Below, one piece after another: positions 36,853 through 49,572 of a stretch of DNA of 64,000 nt. The stretch's first letter is position 1; each line of letters opens with the position of its first letter. The stretch is from contig MU058793.1 in NCBI GenBank assembly GCA_013265495.1, positions 374,001 through 438,000 of the forward strand, read 5' to 3'. Below the pieces are notes generated by a model that worked only from the letters and a program-made list of their open reading frames with translations, did not search any database and had not been told where the DNA came from. The position numbers were made by a program, and so were the translations under genes. Source of the DNA: Vicugna vicugna. Taxonomy: Eukaryota.

Positions 36853-37575
36853 TCAGAAAATACTGACCTGCGATAATACTTGAGTCTGCGTCTGAGACTG
36901 TATCTGCGACTGGTGCTGCTGAGAGGCTGGCTGGGGGCTCCCAATGGCGGGGCCGGGGGACGTCATCTGGGAGGTGACGGGGGAAGGCTGCCGCGGAGAA
37001 GGCTGGGACTGATGCTGCATGTGCTGCAGCTGCTGCAGCTGGAGGTGCTGCTGCAGCTGCTGCTGCAGCTGCTGTTGGCTGAGCTGCTGCTGCAGGTGCT
37101 GCTGCTGCTGCTGCAGGTGCTGCTGCATGTGGTGCTGAAAATGCTGCTGCTGCATCTGCTGCTGGAGCTGCTGATGCATCTGGTGCTGCTGGAGCTGCTG
37201 CTGCTGCATCTGTTGCATCTGGTGCTGCTGCTGCTGCTGCTGCTGCATCTGATGCTGCTGGGTCTGGACCGAAGAGCTCACTTGGGTGGAGGATGCTGAG
37301 CCAACCATGGAGCTGATCAGCGGAGCCCCAATGTTCGATGGCATGTTGGCTGCAATGGTGACCGACGTGACAATCTGGTTCATGGGGAGTCTCATGGTTA
37401 AGGGTTTGGGAGCGATTGATCTGGGGAGCGATTGCTGGAGAGTCTGAGGTGGTGCCGACACTGTTCCATGTTGAGACAGCGGGGGGCTGAGAAGGAGGGA
37501 GGGTGTCAGATTGGTGGACGCCAGGGTTTGTTGAACAGAACGAATGGTCTGGGCTTCTGCTGATTCAGCGGCAGC
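36853..37575 (-). CDS. TOX3: TOX3 terminal coding exon (exon 7), 240 aa plus [19 protein letters not shown]...Gln-rich tract...[13 protein letters not shown]
   Basis: ORF 36853..37461 extends in frame to acceptor aaattcag|GCT at 37575. The C-terminus VLSQVSIF is diagnostic of TOX3. Confidence 0.97.
   Translation of the reverse strand, partial: AAAESAEAQTIRSVQQTLASTNLTPSLLLSPPLSQHGTVSAPPQTLQQSLPRSIAPKPLTMRLPMNQIVTSVTIAANMPSNIGAPLISSMVGSASSTQVSSSVQTQQHQMQQQQQQQHQMQQMQQQQLQQHQMHQQLQQQMQQQHFQHHMQQHLQQQQQHLQQQLSQQQLQQQLQQHLQLQQLQHMQHQSQPSPRQPSPVTSQMTSPGPAIGSPQPASQQHQSQIQSQTQTQVLSQVSIF
37010..37260 (-). repeat. TOX3: Interrupted CAG (polyQ) coding repeat of TOX3; longest pure run (CAG)7 at 37225-37245
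   Basis: CTG arrays are directly visible on the plus strand, with His/Met/Leu codon interruptions. Confidence 0.95.
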
Positions 37576-37611
37576 CTGAATTTGGGGGAGAAGATTTGAG
37601 TATTTTTAAGT

Positions 37612-38105
37612 CTTGTAAATTGATGACAAAAATGGCCACCATTATTCATGCTTCCCTGAACCCAAGCACTTTGTCACATGACTTTGTAGCTCCCCCCCAG
37701 AGGTGGAGGCAAACTCCCCACCCTTTGAATCTAGGCTGGCCCGATTGGTGCCTTTGCTCTGGTCAACAGAATGTGATGGAAGTGAGTTCTCAAAGTCTGT
37801 CTGTCTGTCTGTCTCCCTCAGCACCTGCCACAACCTGATGACAGACATGTGGCCCTGTTACCCCACTCAAGAGCCAGTTCACTGCCAGCCAGCCAATTGC
37901 CATTTATGTGTATGAGTCCAGTGCCAACCCCCCATGCTGACTGCATACAGGTGAGCAAGACTGGCTGATCCTGCCAACCTTGGCCTAGCTCTGAAGACCC
38001 AGCTGGTTTACTGGCACTCTCTGAGATGAACGTTATCTTTTTGAGTTATTGGGTTTTGAGGCTGGTTGTTACACAGTGCTACTGTAGCAAAAGATAACTG
38101 ATACA
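37612..38105 (+). mobile_element. MaLR (MLT1) solo LTR in TOX3 intron 6, antisense to the gene
   Basis: aaaatggccacc...tgactttgtagctcc...tttgaatctaggctggcc...ggttgttacacagtgc...agataactgataCA. Confidence 0.8.
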
Positions 38106-38184
38106 CATATTTAAGAGTAACAGTTCTTCAGCATTTAAGTCTAAACTAACCTCACCACCAAGAATCAGTTTGAAAGACAATAGG

Positions 38185-38400
38185 GTATAGACTGCCTGAG
38201 TTCAAGTCTAGCTCTGATACTCAACAACTTTGTGACTTTGGGCAAGTTAATTCACCCATCTGTTCCCTGCTTTCCGTATCTATAAAATGGGGTTTTATAG
38301 CTTGTGTAGAGGCTGTGAGAATTAAATTAACTCATATTTGTTAAGCATTTAGAGCAGCACCTGGCCCACAGAGAGCATTTCATAAATGTTAGCTATTTTG
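38185..38400 (+). mobile_element. MIR SINE
   Basis: gagttcaagtctagctctg...tgtgactttgggcaagttaattcacc...ctataaaatgggg...gcacctggcccacag. Confidence 0.85.
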
Positions 38401-41236
38401 ATTAATTAACAATTACTACTACCAGAAAATGACTCTGACTAGAAAATTTCAAAGCCTGGTATTTGCAAGATTATTTATAACAGTGCTCATTTGAATATTT
38501 AGAGACACTAAATTGAAGTACTTTACAACTTTAGAAATATTTTAGTTTACCAAAGATTTTCAGAGATTTCCAGAATGTATCAAAGGAGTCACAGGTAAGG
38601 GGAGAATGTTCAACATTTGTGTGACTGAATAATCTGTTACAAGGAAAACGACCTGGGGCACAACATGGGGAGAAACTGCCTAATACATTTTGTGCTAAAA
38701 ACACATAATTACCTCCACAAAATAAATTATTTTACTAATGCAACAGTGATTGGAATGAGTCCTCTTAAAGACAATTTTTTTTCTCTTATTCTTCAGAAAA
38801 TTAGAGGTTTTTGGAGGGAGGTTATGGGGGAACTTTGGAGGCATCAAGCTGCCATCCACTCTCTTTAATGATTTTGAATGTGTACTTCTACATTTTTATT
38901 ACTCACATTTATAAAATCTACCATTAGAAGAAATCTGAGGAGTGACTTTACAAGAAGAGTCACACAAGGTAGGAAAAGTCATCGCTGATGGTTTCTGTTT
39001 GAGCACCTTACCAGACGGTTCTCTGTCCCTTTTTTGTGCAAAAGCCCAAGGGGGCTGCATGTTACTGGAGGGTCATGTTCTAAAGTCTTGGGTAAGAAGA
39101 AACCTGCAAATACTCATGGTTACCATTAAATCGCCCACTAAGTAGAATACACAGTTTTCTACACATAAATATGAACATTATTTTTATGTACTCGAATATT
39201 TAAAAATCACCAAGCCAATCTTAAGGATGAAACTACAGAGGAAGTCTATGTATAGACACCTGGCCAATGACACCACTGTGCCTTTAAGATGCCCCCGAGT
39301 GGAGAATGAAAAAGGCTGGTTCCCTGTGAAGAGGTCCCACTTGCCTGCCAGGTCTACTCCCTTGGGGCTTAATATTAAGCTTCTATTAATTTTCTTGTGA
39401 AGATTGGAAGTGATAGTAGAGTCACATCTTAAGGCAGGGAGTCCTAGGCTCCAGATCGAGAGACGTAAGTTAAATGGACATGTGATGCAGCCCTGTTTAC
39501 TATTCTAAGGTTGAGGCTGAAATCTTCCTCCCTGTAATCTCACTCCTTGGACAACTGCTTCTATCCAGGGTACAGAGACCAAACTTAGGCTCCCCTTACA
39601 TGATGGTGCTTACATCTGAGGACCCAAATCACATGCCCCCAAATCCTCACTTTCATGATTCTTTTGATTATTTGAATATGGTTCGACTCTCAGGTGTGGA
39701 GGCAACCCTCTGGAGAGGCCTTCAATTTAGTCATCATTCCCCCTTAAATTGCGGGGACCCCCCCAAAAAAAAAAAGAAAAAGAGCGAGAGAGAGAACTTC
39801 AGAGATGGTCTCATCATCAAGTTGTAGGATTAGGTGCTGATTCCTGTGAGATCACCAGATTAGCAGCCATTTTACACTGGGTTCAGGCTGAAATTATTCT
39901 AAAGTCATACCTCAAGGACTATTTTAGCTGTCTGCCATGTCTCTGACTATAAATTTAGAGTGCTCTCAACTGCACTTACCTAATGAATAAACAAAAACAA
40001 AACCCCTCAAACAAACAGTATGTTAGATTTTTTTTTTAATTCCATCCTATTGGTTTTTTGGAGTCAGTGAATTCCACTTGGAAATGTTTTTGAATCCAGA
40101 TTTTAGTACCTGATGTAAAATGTTTAAACAATCCCTTCTAAATCAGTCACAGACCCAATGAGCCCAGTCCTGGATGCTCTTTCTAGAATGCCTTTTGAGT
40201 TACTGGCTCTTGGCTTAAATCCATGTACGGTCAATTATTCATGCTCTAATGCATGAAGATCACCCATACCTGCTTCTGGGTAAATGAATGAATAAATGGT
40301 CCACTTAAAAAGTACATGCACACTGCTACTCTATTCATGTCACTTGTCTAATTAGCCATCACATACATCTCAGTTCTTAACATCTGTGGCCCACACCTTC
40401 AGTTGTTTTCTACCAACGTGCAAATCTGCATCCAGAATGGGTGTATCTCTCAGTGTGTGTCTTCCAGAGTGTCAGAAAAAGGCTTTGCTATTGACCTGAC
40501 GAATGTTTTCTTTCTCAAGAAGTGGGAAGTGTCCTAAGAGCTGTCAAAGACAGGAGGACCTCTCTGGATCTGCTTCTGAGCAGATGCCAATGGTAGATCT
40601 TAATATAAGGAAGAAACAACTCAGGTGCAGAAGAGAAAAAAGGATAAACCTTTTAAAAATAGCTTTGCCAGCAACACTGACCATGCCTGGAGGCCCTATG
40701 TGGTACTTTAAGGCAAAAAACACTGACAATGAAACGGAATCTCTGTTTGCCAGAGGAGATACAGCAAGAGCAAGAACATGAGCTCAAATTATCCTCCCCA
40801 AAGCCTCTCTAAATTCTAGGGAGGCTAAGGACAAAGTCAATTAAATGTTAAAATAGAAGGTAATAGCTCATGCTCCTTCTGGATCAAGGTAATAATAATC
40901 CAGAAAGACATGTGCTTTGGGATACTGGTGCATTTTATAACACATCAGAGTCCATTGTATACTCTATGTATAAAACATGTATACATGTCTTTTTTTAAAA
41001 GTACTTGGAGCATAATTTTATTTTAAATAATCATGAGGTTTATTTATTTATAGGATGTGGAACAGTTTGGTCAAAAAATGTAACATCCCCTATTACAATA
41101 ATGTAACCATTGAGAATTTATGATCCAATATCCAAAACTGCCAGCCATACCTCCCAGTTTCAATAGAGGACATTACCACAGATGTCAGTCCCCAAAAAGA
41201 AGAAAGAACAAGAGGCTGTTTAAGATTTGCCTAAGT

Positions 41237-41346
41237 GGGGGGTGGTTATAATTCAGTGGTAGAGCACATGCTTAGCATGCATGAGGTCCTGTGTTCAATC
41301 CCAGTACCTCCACTTAGAAATAAAGTATACATATACTAAAAAAAAA
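41237..41346 (+). mobile_element. Camelid tRNA-derived SINE (Vic-1-like)
   Basis: GGGG...tataattcagtggtagagcacatgcttagcatgcatgaggtcctgtgttcaatcccagtacctcc with pol III A/B boxes and an A-rich tail. Confidence 0.8.
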
Positions 41347-41619
41347 TTGTCTAAATAGCTTCAACATACATACATAGAGATCAGTGGATCTTTTGGAAAC
41401 AATTTAGATTCTGCAGCTTAAATTAACTCTTATTTTTCATGCCATCATTCTGGTGATCTCTACTGAGAACAAGTAAGTTTCTGAGTTGTCCAAGATGTGT
41501 GTGGTTTTTTTTTTTTTTTTAATCAACTCTAAGAGGAGTTGCATTTCTGTTTTGAATGCTCCATGGCTGTTTCAAGATTGTGATTCTCTCAGAGACTGGC
41601 AGCCCCCGTCTGGGTTTAC

Positions 41620-41700
41620 CTTAGAAACGAGGCTGGCCCTGTACGCGGCCAGGGCCTTCAGGTACTCTTTTTTGGCAGCTTCCGTTTTCCTTTTATATAC
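41620..41700 (-). CDS. TOX3: TOX3 coding exon (exon 6), 81 bp, HMG-box helix 3, [27 protein letters not shown]
   Basis: Manual translation gives the conserved TOX HMG C-terminal helix. Acceptor ttttcatag|GTA, donor AAG|gtaaac. Confidence 0.97.
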
Positions 41701-43242
41701 CTATGAAAAGACCACAATTAGCACCACCTTTAGCATACAAATTCGCAGCCATAAAATAACTGCTGTGCAAATTAGGTTGCAACAGAACTCACTTATAAAG
41801 TTGGTCTCCGCGGCTTTGACTTTTAAACGGAAACATACACACACAGATATTAAAACAAAACGGCACCCCGCCGCCCTCGCTGGAGCACAACTTTGATGTT
41901 AACTATGGCGAACAAGAGAAAGATTTCAGGTTGCAGCACAGATTTCTTAAGAGTAACGGCTGAGGACCTCATGCTCAGGCTGTAAATAAGGCAACAAGAA
42001 TGAAATTTGCGGCAAATGGTTTAAACGATAGAAAGTTAACGAGTTTCTCCATCAGTGTCTTCTTTCTCTCACACACACGCACCAAATCAGAGGATGAAAA
42101 AACCAACGATAGAGAGAGTGTGCGAAGACAGACAAGACAGAGGCCTTTCAACCTGGGTTTTCTTTTGGAGGAAAACAAGCCAGAAATAGTCAAAGATGAA
42201 AGATTACCCATTAGTGAGACCAGTGGCTACATAAACAAATACCAATATATTGAAAGTGATGTGGGCTTCCTTTTCTTAACAGCGGTCTGATGGCTGGCTG
42301 TTATACCAAAGCGCAACTCTCTTTTCCTCCAGAATTTAAAAGTTAGATGCAGCTTTGGGATTACATTCCTGGGGTAGAAAAATCAGTCTGCTGCATATAG
42401 CATGAAGCTCACTGCAAAAAAACAGGCAAATTCTAGAGCTGCACCATCCCAAGGTAAGCAGCGAGTAGGAACGAATCCATGATTTGTTTTGAAAGAAAAA
42501 AAGAAAAGGAAAGAAAACCAAGGGTTTTTCACTCTTAGTTCCTGAAACAATTATTCTGGTTTATTACTAACAGGGGTCTATTATTCTGAGGATGTGTAAA
42601 GTTCACTCCTCTGAATAGTCACTGGAGTTTCACGCAAGGAGCCAGGGGAGGACTGAGCCCCGAGGAAGTCATTCTTCTCTCCATTGGTGTGGAGGACTTG
42701 CCTGGGGAGAGACGGGAGGCTAGACCTTAAGGAAGTATCTCCTACCAGCATGGCTAATCTCTCAATACCTCTCATTACTGCTGAGCTTTCAAATGAACTT
42801 GGAATAAAATTTCAAATGCCCAAGGACAATAATGAGACACGCAGAGACAGCTTCAAAGTTTGGAGACCCACCAGGACAGCACAAGGGTTCAGAAAGATGA
42901 TCAAAGAAAGGCAAGCAAGATTTCCTCCTTGAACCAAGGAGGAAAAAATTCCACATTATTTCAAATGAAAAGATGATCATCAAAAGTTGATGCTTGCAGG
43001 ATACTGCCTGGATCTCCTCCAACTCTCTTCTGAATGGGCTCTGAACACGCACCCTTCAGGGAACTGAGAAAGCCATATACCTGGAGAGTGGTTTGGACTC
43101 CTATGTTTGGGTTTTTTAATGCCATTGCTTAGACAGGCTTTCATGAGAAGCAATCATATCAAGAAGCAATCACTCAGGAAAGGGGTAAGGAATATTCTGG
43201 TATGACGTTTCACAACACAGCTGCCACGGATCTTGGCCTCAC

Positions 43243-43470
43243 CTGCTTTTGTTCCTCTCCCAGGCTGTCCCACATAGACGCTACGATTTTTGAGACCTCT
43301 CCAAAGGTGGCGTTGGGGTTTTGACCTTTAATTGCAGCCTGCGTGTCTCTGAAAAACAGGGCATATGCTGACACTGGCTTCTGTGGCTCATTGGGGTCTT
43401 TCTTTTTCTTTTTCTTTGGAGTCTTGGGCTTCTTGCCAGAATCTGGAGCAGCTCTTTTCTCTCCAATGGC
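43243..43470 (-). CDS. TOX3: TOX3 coding exon (exon 5), 228 bp: basic NLS ([12 protein letters not shown]) and N-terminal part of the HMG box ([48 protein letters not shown])
   Basis: Canonical TOX HMG-box sequence. Acceptor ttttacag|GCC, donor CAG|gtgagg. Confidence 0.98.
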
Positions 43471-43946
43471 CTGTAAAAGCAGGAAGAAAATTCATTGCCT
43501 AGAATGTACTGGCCGAGAATGCAGAAAGACTTACTCGGGCTTACAATTGTTCTTTTAAGGTTTTGTTAAACATCATGCACAGATGAATCACCCCCAAAAG
43601 CGGGGGAGGGGCAAACTTGCTTAGAGTTAACTGGACAGCAGACATTAGCATTTAGAACATTGATTAATGAGACCCAGAAGTATCCTCAATACATTCGCAA
43701 CATATGCTCTAAATAGCAATTATGAGTAATGAAAAACAGAACACTCTGTACCAGGCAATGCTCGCTCTCTATATGCCATGCTACATACGTACCTATAAAC
43801 AAAATATTTTACATTTTCAGAGGTTTTTAGAAGTAAACTTAAATAATATTCAGGATGTTGATCATATTCAGATATTTTAAATGAGGTCCCTTGCTGTAGA
43901 CACATACCATATGTATGATCAGTCTGAATTGATTTTTTTGAGGCTT

Positions 43947-43947
<1 letters not shown>

Positions 43948-43989
<42 letters not shown>
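43948..43989. repeat. Poly(T) tract of about 42 nt
   Basis: Directly visible. Confidence 0.95.
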
Positions 43990-43994
<5 letters not shown>

Positions 43995-45879
43995 TACCAC
44001 ATGTTACTCTGCTGATGGTCTCCGGAAACGCAAATGGAAATCTGCTATAATCCCTAGGTTTCACAATAAGGGAAAGGTCATCTTTATTTCCTAAAACAAT
44101 GAAAACTTTCTAAAGAATAGGATAACAGGAAATGTACAAATGTCAAAATTCTAACTAGAACTAGAAAGGAAATTGATACTCTTCATAAAATTAAAAACCT
44201 GTCAAACAGCAGCAACAGTAGATACTTAAAATCACCAAGGCTAAAAAAAGACTAATAAGAAGACATTTATTATTACATATAGTAACCCTGCCCACAAGAA
44301 TACTGACATACAGAGGTTCACACTCTCTGAAAATCACACGCTGTCCGAAATCAAAACCATAGAAATAACATGGGTACAGTTCCCCAAATTTATATACCAC
44401 TGAGCTCCAATATTCACCTGCTACCAGCATCTAATTTCAACAATCAAAAACATACTCAACAGAAAAGCAGGGGAAATGATTGATTAACCTTGTTTTATCC
44501 CCCTTAGATTATAACATGACTCTGTTGAAGACAATTCTGCAGTTAACTTCATCAAGAACGCTGCAGTGTTTGACAAAATCTGTTTTAAAAGCCAGCCTTA
44601 GGCAAGATCAACAGAGATAGATTCAAGTTACTAACAGATTGGCTTTTAATGGCCTTGAGTCTTGAATCTTAATTCAAATTTTCCAAGAACATCATTACTT
44701 GCTGAAGAAGGGTCATTTGGAACTTAACCCAATTACTGGAATTCTTAGCGAGGAAACTGATAAGTAATTCTGAGAGCTCTGAACCCTCCTGGTGTTAGGA
44801 AACTGGCAGCCTCCTTCTTGGTGGGCCTACTGTTTTCATTATTTGAGTGGTAACCACACTCATACTTTATACAAGTAGTTTACAGACCTCAGTAGGTGTT
44901 AAGCTAGATCTCGTCTCTCCTCCTAAATGCCGTCTTTTATAACTCACACAATTAATCCAATAAAATTCTGTAGACCTCATAGCCTTTTTTTCTAAATCCT
45001 CAGAATAAGCGAGACTTGTTAAATTCTAGTTAATGAATCTGAACTTGCAAGGGAGTCAGATGTCTTTCGGTTAGAGCTTCAATTGGAGCCAAGTTTTCCT
45101 TCAGTGAAAAAATATTACTTTAGCCACAAGAAAAAATACATAGACACAGATTTTTCTTATTGAGTAAAACAACTCTATTCTTGGAAGAGAATTTGGCACT
45201 GGTTGCATCAACAATACTCCGACCAATGGCAAGATGAAAGTAATTTCCAGTACAGCTTTTTCCAAAGAAGAGGAGTTTAATTTCATTCTTCGCAAAACAG
45301 CATTCAAATGTTGACAGCCTCTGACGTCTTTTTTGGATAACCACGACCTGACCTAATCGTCATTACCTTTTACGAATAAACCCGAAATGAGGAATTTCAC
45401 AGTTTAAATAAAAGCTCAGAATTAATTCTCCGAAAGAAACTTTCACGTAGCTGACTCAAAGGGCTGCGAAAAACGGAGAAATAGCTTTACCCCAAAGACA
45501 TAATCAACACTAATGTTAATCTTCCTTTTTCAGCTAAGCCGTTGATAAACTGGATTCCTTGTCTTTACACAAAACCTAGACCGTGACTTAAAATGGAGCA
45601 AGCTAGGAGTCACATAAAAGGTTCTCTTCGGATGGGACAATTTCAGATTGATACAGAAGTAAGTATTACGATCAGTGGGAATTTGAGTGAAGTGAAAGGA
45701 ATCCACTTGAATTGTGTAATAGCCAGCTATATCTCATACACATCCCTTGAGTTTCTTTATTATTTCCCACTTCACCCCACTGCCCTTACGAGTGCGAGCA
45801 GAGACTGGCAGCACACTTCCCCACCTTGTGTGCAGTGGGGTGCTCACATCACGGGGTGGACCAAACGTTCCTGCTGAAA

Positions 45880-46935
45880 ATCCCTGCAACATTTCTCCTC
45901 TTTTTATCACTCACAAACCTCCCCAGCTCCTCTTCTTCCATTTCTATTTAAAAATAATGATGCTCAAGGTCAAAGTAAGTGATGCTCGAGGTTCTGGCCT
46001 TGACTTGCTCCTTACACACTCTGAGAAATCCCGGTCACTTCTATGTCTTCACATTGATGTGCTGAGGGCCCCCAAATCTATAGTTTCATCTCCAACGGAC
46101 TGAGTTCTAGACTCAAATGGAAGCATCTCAGATCCAGCCCCTACCATGTCCAACTCTCATCTTCCCTATGGGGAAAAACAAACAAACAAACGAAAAACAA
46201 TCCTCCCTTCCGGGTTATCTTCTCATTACCCGTATCCCTTCTGGCTCCCAAACTAAAACCTGGTGTATCTTCTACTCCTTCAAATTCCAGGGGATCATCA
46301 AACCTTAACGAGTGATTCTCCTTCTTGAATGTCTCACTAATCTGGTACCTCCTGTCCATTCCTTTCTTCGTTAAAAATAAAAGGAAACACTTCATAAAAG
46401 GATCTTTTCTCTGGTCCCTCTCTTTGGAACACATTCTATACACAGCTCAAGTTATATTTCTGAAGCATAAATTTGCTTATGCCATTCCACTATGCAAATA
46501 ACTCATCAGCTCTCAACTACCAGCCGGGGAAAGGTTCCCACCTTTCAGCCACTTCTTTCTTCAATTCCTGTTTCTTTCCTCCCCCACGTCACACTGTTCG
46601 CGATACCCATAAACGGGCATGCACTTCCACTTGCTCCCTCTCCCAGAATGCTGGCCTCTCTCTTCTGCGTCACAAAGTTTTATGTATCCTCTTAGACCTA
46701 ATTCAAACATCACCTTCTCAGTAAAGTCTTCCTCAAATCACTCTCCTAAACAGAATCGATGACGGGCTCAGCACACCAGATACATCAATTATACCACTAA
46801 TCACATCTGGCGCTGCCACATGTTCCCAAGGGGAAGTCCCAGGGGCAGTAATTCTCTTGTAAATCTTTGTATCACCTGAACCAGGTAAAATGCTAAGCAC
46901 AGAGTAAGTGTACGACGCATAATTGATGAATGAGG
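45880..46935 (+). mobile_element. Degraded L2 LINE 3' portion
   Basis: ccaactctcatcttccc...caccttctcagtaaagtcttcc...atctttgtatcacc...gcacagagtaagtg...gatgaatga. Confidence 0.65.
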
Positions 46936-47515
46936 AATGAGGAATTGTGCACCTAGAATAAGTAATTTGAATGAAATAGAATACTTTTAAAGGCCTTCAG
47001 AAAAGCCTGAAACTAAGTTTTTACTTTGAATAATGTCTATTTGAATAATATATAATCTCCCTGACAAAAGCAAAGATGCAAGATGAAAGAAACTTACTAA
47101 GCAATAAGCATCATCAGAGGTGCAAGACTGTCACATGTGGCTGCAGGTTAGCTGACTAACTAGGTGAAACACGCCCACATGGACATCATCTAAGAATCAG
47201 AGCAGCTGAAACTTCTGAAAAGTCCAGTGCAAGCCTTCCTCTTTACCGATTAGGAAAATTATGCCTGTAAGTGGCTTGCTCAATACCTTACTCCTAGTAG
47301 GAGCAGCCAGATCTCCCAACTTCCAGTTTAATACATTTTCCAAAGAAAAGAAATAAATATAAAAGAGTGAAGGGAAAAAAAATCAAACTGTCATAAATTT
47401 AAAAGCTATTTCAACCCAGGAAGAAAAAGGAGGTAATACTGTGACGATGAAATTCAAAGACGTAAGCATGGGTGATCCCAAATTGTAGGTTATATTCTAA
47501 AGGCAGTTAACTTAC

Positions 47516-47785
47516 TCTGTTGGATTCATCCGCATCCTCTTCATTGATGGAGCTGGAAGGGGAGGGGGTTGCCGATTTGCTCGCTGGAGGTGAAGGAGAC
47601 GTGTGGGGCATGCTCGCACCTCCCAAATTCAACCCCAGCTGGGCGCTGAGCTGAGACTGGTTGATGGTGGTGAGCTGGGCAGGAGGCATGATCCCAGAGC
47701 GAGCGGCATCCGTCATGTGGACGATGGACCTCATGATCAGGGAGGGGTCCTGACGGTACTGTGACACTTGAGTGTGGCTCTGATC
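47516..47785 (-). CDS. TOX3: TOX3 coding exon (exon 4), 270 bp, [20 protein letters not shown]...[22 protein letters not shown]
   Basis: Recognisable TOX3 peptide including [11 protein letters not shown]. Acceptor cctctag|GAT, donor AGA|gtaagt. Confidence 0.97.
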
Positions 47786-47874
47786 CTAGAGGGGCGACAG
47801 CGATGGGGGGATGCTCTTTTAGTTTTCCCAAACATCAATGCACTCACGGGGGCTGGGAATGAAACGGGTCAAGG

Positions 47875-48380
47875 GGGTCAAAAGGTACCAACTTCCAGTG
47901 ATAAAATCAATACGTCATGGGGATGTAATACACAGCATGGTGGCTACAGTTAATAATTGGGGATTAACAGATACACACTGCTATATATAAAACAGATAAA
48001 CCACGAGGACCTATTGTGTAGCACAGGGAACTATATCCAATATCTTGTAATAACTTATAATGGAAAAGAATACAGAAAAGAATAGCTATATTTAGGTATA
48101 ACTGAATCACTTTGCTGCCTACCTGAAACATTGTAAATCAACTATACTTCAATAAATGATAAATAAATAAATACCATTTGCATATTTGAAAGCTGCTAAG
48201 AGAATAGATCTTAAAAGTCCTCATCACAGGAAAAATAATTTTTTTTGTAACTATATGATGACTAATGTTAACTAGACTCACTGAGGTGATAATTTCACAA
48301 TATATCCAAATAGCGAATCATTATATTGTGTACCTGAAACTAACACAGTATTATATGTCCATTATACCTCAATTAAAATA
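47875..48380 (+). mobile_element. L1MA/MB-type 3' end interrupted by a younger L1 3' fragment (about 47958-48170)
   Basis: The older element reads ...acagttaataat | ataccatttgcatatttgaaagctgctaagagaatagatcttaaaag.... The inner piece reads gggattaacagatacacactgc...tcaactatacttcaataaa plus (TAAA)n. Confidence 0.85.
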
Positions 48381-49572
48381 TCAATTAATTTATAGTGCTA
48401 GCAGTTCCTGAGACAGATCTGAGTTGTTGCATTTTGGGCGATCTGACTTATTCCAGGGTAATGGTCTCTACTAATTTATTAACTATAAGGACACGTGCCA
48501 GGAAGTGAAAAGGCCAAAAGCACAAAGCCCAAATTACCTGTCCCAGTCTATTGCTCTGCAGAGCTATCAGAGGATGACTTAACTAAGTGGAATAAAAGAC
48601 TATCAGCTAAGGGAAGATAAACGTCCAACTCAGCTTCTTACTGAGGACAGTGATGACAAAGAAAAGGGTGGAGGCTCACCAACTGGTCTGCCATCCCTCG
48701 CTCACAGTGCTGGTTCCTACCCTTCCCCCAGCTCTGTGAGAAGGGCAGAATCAGTTCTCTATTTCATCCTCCCAGGAAGGCATAGGACATGGAGAGAGGA
48801 TGGGCCAGAGAAGCACAGAGCAAGCATCTGCTTGCCTCAGGGCACCCTCTCTGTAAAACCCTCTGTGGTTAACCAGAGGGTCATCCCAATTCTAAATTGC
48901 ATTGTCATCAGCATCTGGAAGTCATTCCATGTCTTTAGAATTGGATATCCCTTTTTCCTTCTTAAACCTGCTTTGCTTTCTTCCGTTCAACCCACCCTGA
49001 TTTAATGCACTAATGAATTTTTTTAAATGTGTATAAGGAGGAGGTAGAGATAATCAGAATTAGCTTCTCTGAAAGCCACTGCCGTCACTTCAAAAGTAGC
49101 CTTCTTTGTTTCTGGCAGTCATATAAAGGGCTTTTGAGTTGTTGCTGTTGCCTCTTCTTCTGTTTCTTCTTCTTCATCTCCTTTTTAATTCCAAAGAATC
49201 AAAAAAATGAAGACATGCTTTTCAAATGACTTGCTGTCAGACTTGTCAATTTAGAGTGAGTCTGTGACTTTATGGAAACCAAATTCTCCTGACTCACAGT
49301 GACCCAGAATCTAATTTTATACACAAACCTATGAATTCTTAACTGTTCCTCTTTTGAGTCTTTCTGATAAGGCTTCTTTGTGCTCTTTAAAGAAACAAAT
49401 GAATTATAACTTGGAGCATTTGGCTTCTTAATATTAAATATGATCACACCACTAAATAAGAAGCCATAGCTATCAATAGGAAACTAGTTGAATAAATTAT
49501 GATCTACCATATGACAAAACATTATGAAGCTTTTTAAAACAATGCATTAGATTTATGTGTACTGACCTAGAA

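Noticed and set aside
36880..37299. 139-aa Leu-rich plus-strand ORF
   Set aside because: It is the antisense mirror (CTG = Leu) of the TOX3 CAG repeat, with no independent evidence of a gene.
39400..40600. Possible CR1/L3 remnant in intron 6
   Set aside because: The resemblance is too faint to support without a profile search.
41237..41312. tRNA-like sequence with A and B boxes (also 51617-51695)
   Set aside because: The A-rich tails, degenerate stems and two diverged copies indicate SINEs, not tRNA genes.
43720..44064. ORF with a poly-Lys run
   Set aside because: It results from the intronic poly(T)/poly(A) tract.
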